Shown: positions 36,560 through 40,856 of the stretch, one piece after another | How positions within the stretch are numbered: position 1 is the first letter of the stretch | Layout of the letters: every line of letters begins with the position of its first letter | Source: an archaeon | Lineage (GTDB): Archaea > B1Sed10-29 > WALL01 | Reading direction: 5' to 3' | NCBI GenBank assembly: GCA_042584585.1 | Contig: JBHOSQ010000009.1 | Span: 1 to 40,856 of the forward strand | Length of the DNA stretch: 40,856 bases | The notes under the pieces: generated by a model | What the model was told of the DNA's origin: nothing | The model's input: only the letters and a program-made list of their open reading frames with translations | The model's database searches: none | Position numbers and translations under genes: made by a program

Positions 36560-36727
36560 CTAAAGCTGGTACAATTGCCCCTTGAACCACTGGTAAATCA
36601 AGGCGAAGCAAATCAAATTAGTGAACAGGAACACGATTAGGTTGTTGCTGAACGTGTTGTACAGCAGTTGGAAGACCGTGAAGTAGTAAATCACGGCAAT
36701 AACCAGTATTACCAGCACCCGTTTCAT
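36560..36727 (-). CDS. Small two-TM membrane protein (55 aa, missing from the ORF track)
   Basis: Hand translation MKRVLVILVIAVIYYFTVFQLLYNTFSNNLIVFLFTNLICFALIYQWFKGQLYQL; TATAAATTTATA box at about 36751-36762 upstream. Confidence 0.65.
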   Translation of the reverse strand: MKRVLVILVIAVIYYFTVFQLLYNTFSNNLIVFLFTNLICFALIYQWFKGQLYQL

Positions 36728-36786
36728 CACAACCACTAACGCGGAAGGGCTATAAATTTATATGGGCAGCCCGTGTTAATCCAGCA

Positions 36787-38901
36787 ATGAGAAGGCTCTT
36801 GCTAGTGCTGCTGCTTACCTCACTCGTATTCGCCCAAATCCAGGAGCCCAAGCTAGTCAACCAGCTCGACTCCATCATCACGCAAGGCGGCATCATACGC
36901 GTCACCGACGGCGAGCTCTACACCGTCAGCCTCAACTCCACCTTCCCGCAGCAAACCGGCTACCAATCAGTCCAAACAGCCAACAACTTCATCACCGACT
37001 CCGAAGGCAACAAGTTGGTCACCCTATCCCACGACGACCCCGACAACCCCTTCGCCTATTCACTCAAGAGCACCGTATCCACCCGGGCGCGCACCACCGA
37101 CTCACTCCCATCGTCCTACGGCGTGCCCGACGAATTCCTGCAGTTCACCCGCGCCAGCGACAGCGTCAACAGCGACACCACCGGCGTCAAGGAGCTCGCC
37201 CAGGAAATAACCCGTGGCTCCGAAACGGACTTCGGGAAAATCGCGCTCCTGGCCATTTGGGTCCACAACTACATCGACTACGACCTCACACTCGTCGGCC
37301 AGCGCAAAGAGTCCGACTGGGTGCTCGAAAACAAAAAAGGCGTCTGTGTCGAATACGCCAGTGTCTTCGCTGCGCTTGCGAGAAGCCTTGGCTACCCCAC
37401 CCGCTTCGTGCTCGGCAGGGCATACGGCGAATACGGCTGGCTCGGCCACGCGTGGAACGAAGTGTACATCGGTGAATGGGTTCCCGTCGACGCGACTTGG
37501 CTCGAAGTGGGCCACCTCGACGCGACCCACATAGAATTCTTCAAGAGCAGCGAGTCAAGCGCCCCCCAACACGTAATCGCACAAGTCAGTGACGGCGCGT
37601 CAATCCAAACCGAAAAGCCGGGCTTCGCCGGCGAAAGCGACGGCGTCGCCATAGAAATAGACGAAATCCACTTGTCGGAAGAAAGCACGAACTACCAGGC
37701 CACCCTCGTCGCCGAAACACTCGGCTTCGGCGAGTCCACGCTCATCACCCTCGCCGTGCCGGGCACGGACTACCGCGTGATTGACGCCCGCCTCGTCCCC
37801 TGCAAGTCCGACGCCGCGCTGCTCACCATCCCGGACACGGACAAGTCCATTGTCCTCGAGCCAGGCAAAACCAGTTACGCGTCGTGGCTCGTCTCCGTCG
37901 CGCCGGGCCTTGACTCCCGCATCATTTACACGTGCCCCATCACGCTCAACTCCAGGCACCTCGCGGAAACCAGCATCTCCCTGTCCATGCAAAAAGCCTC
38001 TTCCACCAAAGGCTTTACCGCGCTCATCTCTGACTCGTCGGTTGCACTGGGCGACATGGCCCAAATATTCGTGACCGCGCCGACCGGAGAAAAAATCACG
38101 GTCGTCGGCGACGGCTACTACGAGTCACGATTGTCGTCGGGCGGGGCCACGGAATTCAAGTTCACCCCAGACCACTCCGGCGAACACTCTCTTTTCGTTG
38201 CCATCGAAAGCGGCGGCGCCAAAGAAATTAAGTTCACGGTCGAGAAAGGCCAAAAAATATTCCTGAAAAAAGTCGAGACGCCCACCCGGTTCTTCGTGGG
38301 CGAGGCGGCGAACATACAAGTCACAGTCGAAAACGTGTTTGATACCCCAGAAAAAACAGTGCTGGAGGTAACGGTCGCGGGCCTAGAGCAATTGACCCAC
38401 CTGACGGTCGACGAAAGCGCCGAAGTAAACTTCACTTTTACCCCATCAGTGCCGGGCGACACCGTGCTTGAGGTAGAGCTCACCGGCTCTGGCTTTTCGG
38501 ACAGCCGCGTGCTGCCCATCACGGTCTACGAGCAGCCAGCGGTCACAGTTGGCACCCACTCCATTGAAAAAGTGGACGGCCAGGTCCGGGTGACTGTCCC
38601 GGTCTCGTCCACGAACTCGGTGGCCAGCGTCGACGTCTCACTTGGCGGGCAGCCCGCCGAGCTTGAGGGCGGCGAAGCCAGCTTCCTCATGGAGCCGGGG
38701 CTTTACGTGCTTTCCGTGGAGTGGACCGACAACATGGGCGAGTCCCACACCGACGTCAAGACGATCAACGCCGTGGTCAAGGAAAAAGCGGGGATGAGCG
38801 GCCTCGTCACCCTGGTCATTGCGGTGGTGGCGGCGCTGGCGCTGTTCTTCCTGTTGTTTGCCGCAAAAAAAATAGTGGGGGAAGTGCAGTCTAACCTTTG
38901 A
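36787..38901 (+). CDS. Surface transglutaminase-like (Cys-His-Asp) protein with Ig-like domains and C-terminal TM anchor
   Basis: Signal peptide, GVCVEYA, GHAWNEVY, WVPVDATW. Confidence 0.88.
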   Translation: MRRLLLVLLLTSLVFAQIQEPKLVNQLDSIITQGGIIRVTDGELYTVSLNSTFPQQTGYQSVQTANNFITDSEGNKLVTLSHDDPDNPFAYSLKSTVSTRARTTDSLPSSYGVPDEFLQFTRASDSVNSDTTGVKELAQEITRGSETDFGKIALLAIWVHNYIDYDLTLVGQRKESDWVLENKKGVCVEYASVFAALARSLGYPTRFVLGRAYGEYGWLGHAWNEVYIGEWVPVDATWLEVGHLDATHIEFFKSSESSAPQHVIAQVSDGASIQTEKPGFAGESDGVAIEIDEIHLSEESTNYQATLVAETLGFGESTLITLAVPGTDYRVIDARLVPCKSDAALLTIPDTDKSIVLEPGKTSYASWLVSVAPGLDSRIIYTCPITLNSRHLAETSISLSMQKASSTKGFTALISDSSVALGDMAQIFVTAPTGEKITVVGDGYYESRLSSGGATEFKFTPDHSGEHSLFVAIESGGAKEIKFTVEKGQKIFLKKVETPTRFFVGEAANIQVTVENVFDTPEKTVLEVTVAGLEQLTHLTVDESAEVNFTFTPSVPGDTVLEVELTGSGFSDSRVLPITVYEQPAVTVGTHSIEKVDGQVRVTVPVSSTNSVASVDVSLGGQPAELEGGEASFLMEPGLYVLSVEWTDNMGESHTDVKTINAVVKEKAGMSGLVTLVIAVVAALALFFLLFAAKKIVGEVQSNL

Positions 38902-39277
38902 GCACTTCCGACCCTCGGTGGGGGTTGTCCAACTCGAACACAAGATTGACTTTGTCGCTGCTCCTGCTCAGCAAATAAACCGCTTCGATGTTTACTCCTT
39001 CTTTCCCGAGCTTCCTCGCGATTTCCGTGAGGGCGTTCGGCGTGTCGGCAACCGACTTCACGACCACGTCGTTCGTGGTGAACATGAAGTTCCCGTCATC
39101 GAAGAGCTTTTCTGCCTTCTTGTCGTCGTCAACGATTATTCGGATAAACCTTTGGTGGCCCACGCGGTCCGTCGCAATGGCCTTCAGGTTAATCTTGTTG
39201 TTCCCAAGCATTTCACATAGCTTCGCGAGCTCCCCGGGGGAGTCGTCAAGCTCTATAACAAATTCGTTCGCCATCAT
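38891..39277 (-). CDS. ACT-domain pair protein
   Basis: LDDSPGELA...L....INL and DTPNAL.......GVNI repeats. Confidence 0.85.
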   Translation of the reverse strand: MMANEFVIELDDSPGELAKLCEMLGNNKINLKAIATDRVGHQRFIRIIVDDDKKAEKLFDDGNFMFTTNDVVVKSVADTPNALTEIARKLGKEGVNIEAVYLLSRSSDKVNLVFELDNPHRGSEVLKG

Positions 39278-39350
39278 TTTCAAAACACCTCTTTTAGTGC
39301 AAAAACTATGGTTAATTTATTGGCTGGTAACTTATTTTATGCGCCCAAAT

Positions 39351-40220
39351 CTATTTAAGGCTGCCGATTATCTGGCACGCCTTGCACTCCTTGCCACTGG
39401 AGGGCTCCCCGCATTTTTCGCACACCCCGGGCGCGGTCCCCTTCTTTTTCCCCCAAAATTCGGAGAGATAGAAATTCACAATGTTGTTCTTGGCGTTCGG
39501 GTGCTTTTCCTCGAACTTGTCCAAAAACCCCCGGAAGTTTCTTCGGTACGCGTCCACCGAACACGGGCACTGCCCGTAGTTCACCGGGAACTTCATTGCC
39601 TTTGAATAAGCCGCGGTCTCCGCGTCTTTTAGTAAGTACAATGGCTTCACGCGCGGCACGAACTTCTTCCCCGTCGTCCGCGGCCCGCCGCGGTACACTT
39701 GCTTCGTGTCGTTCCGGAAAACGTTCATCAGCAAAGCCTGTGCCTCGTCGTCCATTGTGTGGCCCGTCGCGACGACACCGAATTCTTTGCAGTACTTGTT
39801 GAGCAAGTACCTCCGCAGCACCCCGCACACGGTGCACGACTGCATCGGCAGGCCCTTGCTTTTCAATACGCTTTGTATGTAACACACCGAGTACCCGAAC
39901 TCTTCGCGCAGCGAAATCTCGCGCAGCGGGATACCGTATTTTTTACAGACTGCCTGCAGGTTCTTCAGGTTTTCTTCGGTGTAGTCCCCGATGAACGCGT
40001 TGACCGTGACTCCCGTGACGTCGTAGCCGAACTTGTGCAGTAAGTACAGTAATACGGTTGAGTCCTTGCCGCCGCTTACCGCGACCGCTATTTTGTCGTT
40101 CTTTCCGATTAGCGAGAACTTGCGTATGGTGTACCGCACTTTTTTCTCTAGGTATTCCATGAAGTGCTCGCGGCAAAAGCCGCTTTGGTACTCGCGCTTG
40201 CCGCATTTGGTGCAGGGCAT
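39351..40220 (-). CDS. TtuA/Ncs6/Ctu1-family tRNA 2-thiolation protein
   Basis: N- and C-terminal Zn fingers, SGGKDS, CxxC, TGHTMDDEAQ, PRVKPL. Confidence 0.9.
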   Translation of the reverse strand: MPCTKCGKREYQSGFCREHFMEYLEKKVRYTIRKFSLIGKNDKIAVAVSGGKDSTVLLYLLHKFGYDVTGVTVNAFIGDYTEENLKNLQAVCKKYGIPLREISLREEFGYSVCYIQSVLKSKGLPMQSCTVCGVLRRYLLNKYCKEFGVVATGHTMDDEAQALLMNVFRNDTKQVYRGGPRTTGKKFVPRVKPLYLLKDAETAAYSKAMKFPVNYGQCPCSVDAYRRNFRGFLDKFEEKHPNAKNNIVNFYLSEFWGKKKGTAPGVCEKCGEPSSGKECKACQIIGSLK

Positions 40221-40272
40221 GCGTCTTGTTCTTGCAGCAACACTTTTATTCCTTACGTGTGTTATGCCCCTT

Positions 40273-40548
40273 ATGAAGCGAGTGCGCATCATTATTTCGG
40301 GCCGGGTGCAGGGCGTGTTTTACCGTGCTGCCGTGTGTGACGCCGCCAAAAACTTTGACGTCACCGGGTTCGTGAAAAACCTTCCGGACGGTACCGTGGA
40401 AGTAGTCGCGGAAGGAGAAGAAAGCGAGCTAAAGCGCTTCGCTGGCGCGTGCAAAATAAACGACGGCCCGCGGCAGGCGCAAGCAGTGGGAATCGAGTAC
40501 ACGGACGCCGACAAGCGAGAGCACACCGGGTTCTCGGTCGCGCACTAG
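40273..40548 (+). CDS. acyP: Acylphosphatase
   Basis: ISGRVQGVFYR, GFVKNLPDGTVEVVAEG. Confidence 0.93.
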   Translation: MKRVRIIISGRVQGVFYRAAVCDAAKNFDVTGFVKNLPDGTVEVVAEGEESELKRFAGACKINDGPRQAQAVGIEYTDADKREHTGFSVAH

Positions 40549-40592
40549 CCCTGTGTGTCCGGGCAATTAATAAATACGCGGATTAAATACCG

Positions 40593-40847
40593 TTACTCCG
40601 CTTTTTCTTCTGCGCCGCACTCGCATTCCTTGGTTGCTTTGCCGCAGCCAGGGCACTTGCACTCGCAAGCCTCGATTGTCTTGCCGCAGTCCGGGCAGGG
40701 GCACTCGCACTCTTCAAGGGCCTTGCCGCATGACTCGCAAGCGCATTTGCATTCCTCAAGGGACTTTCCGCAGTCCGGGCACTTGCACTCACACGGTTCC
40801 TTTCCGCAGTCCGGGCAGTTAGCAGTACTTTCTTCGTCCATGCCCAT
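40593..40847 (-). CDS. Cys-rich repeat protein, metallothionein/zinc-ribbon-like
   Basis: 20 Cys in 84 aa arranged as five CxxCGK..CxC units; SD GGAG upstream. Confidence 0.75.
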   Translation of the reverse strand: MGMDEESTANCPDCGKEPCECKCPDCGKSLEECKCACESCGKALEECECPCPDCGKTIEACECKCPGCGKATKECECGAEEKAE

Positions 40848-40856
40848 GGCTACTCC

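Overview
Archaeal chromosomal segment. Markers: group II chaperonin, class III (type IV pilin-like) signal peptides, TATA-type promoters, Thi4, Ncs6/TtuA. The compact genes and many Cys-rich surface proteins suggest a DPANN lineage (inference). Housekeeping genes centre on sulfur, Fe-S and tRNA metabolism: thiI-like, thi4, tRNA-Cys, cysS, iscS-iscU-sufS, two ferredoxins, ttuA-like and thermosome. Two accessory loci stand out. (1) 5859-16728: a minimal type IV secretion-like operon (VirB2-like pilin, surface protein, VirB6-like, PrgI-like, VirB4). It has no relaxase, coupling protein or integrase in the window. It is divergent from a secreted 809-aa protein ending in a putative PD-(D/E)xK-variant nuclease, followed by a candidate immunity gene. 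This is a candidate archaeal T4SS-linked polymorphic toxin system. (2) 26818-34735: three tandem class III signal proteins share a ~115-aa N-terminal module fused to shuffled Cys-rich, beta-propeller and lectin-like domains, and are bracketed by repeated DNA motifs. A covarying multi-hairpin element occurs twice (2027-2094 and 36459-36547), both times between convergent genes. All calls come from motif recognition by eye; no database searches were run.
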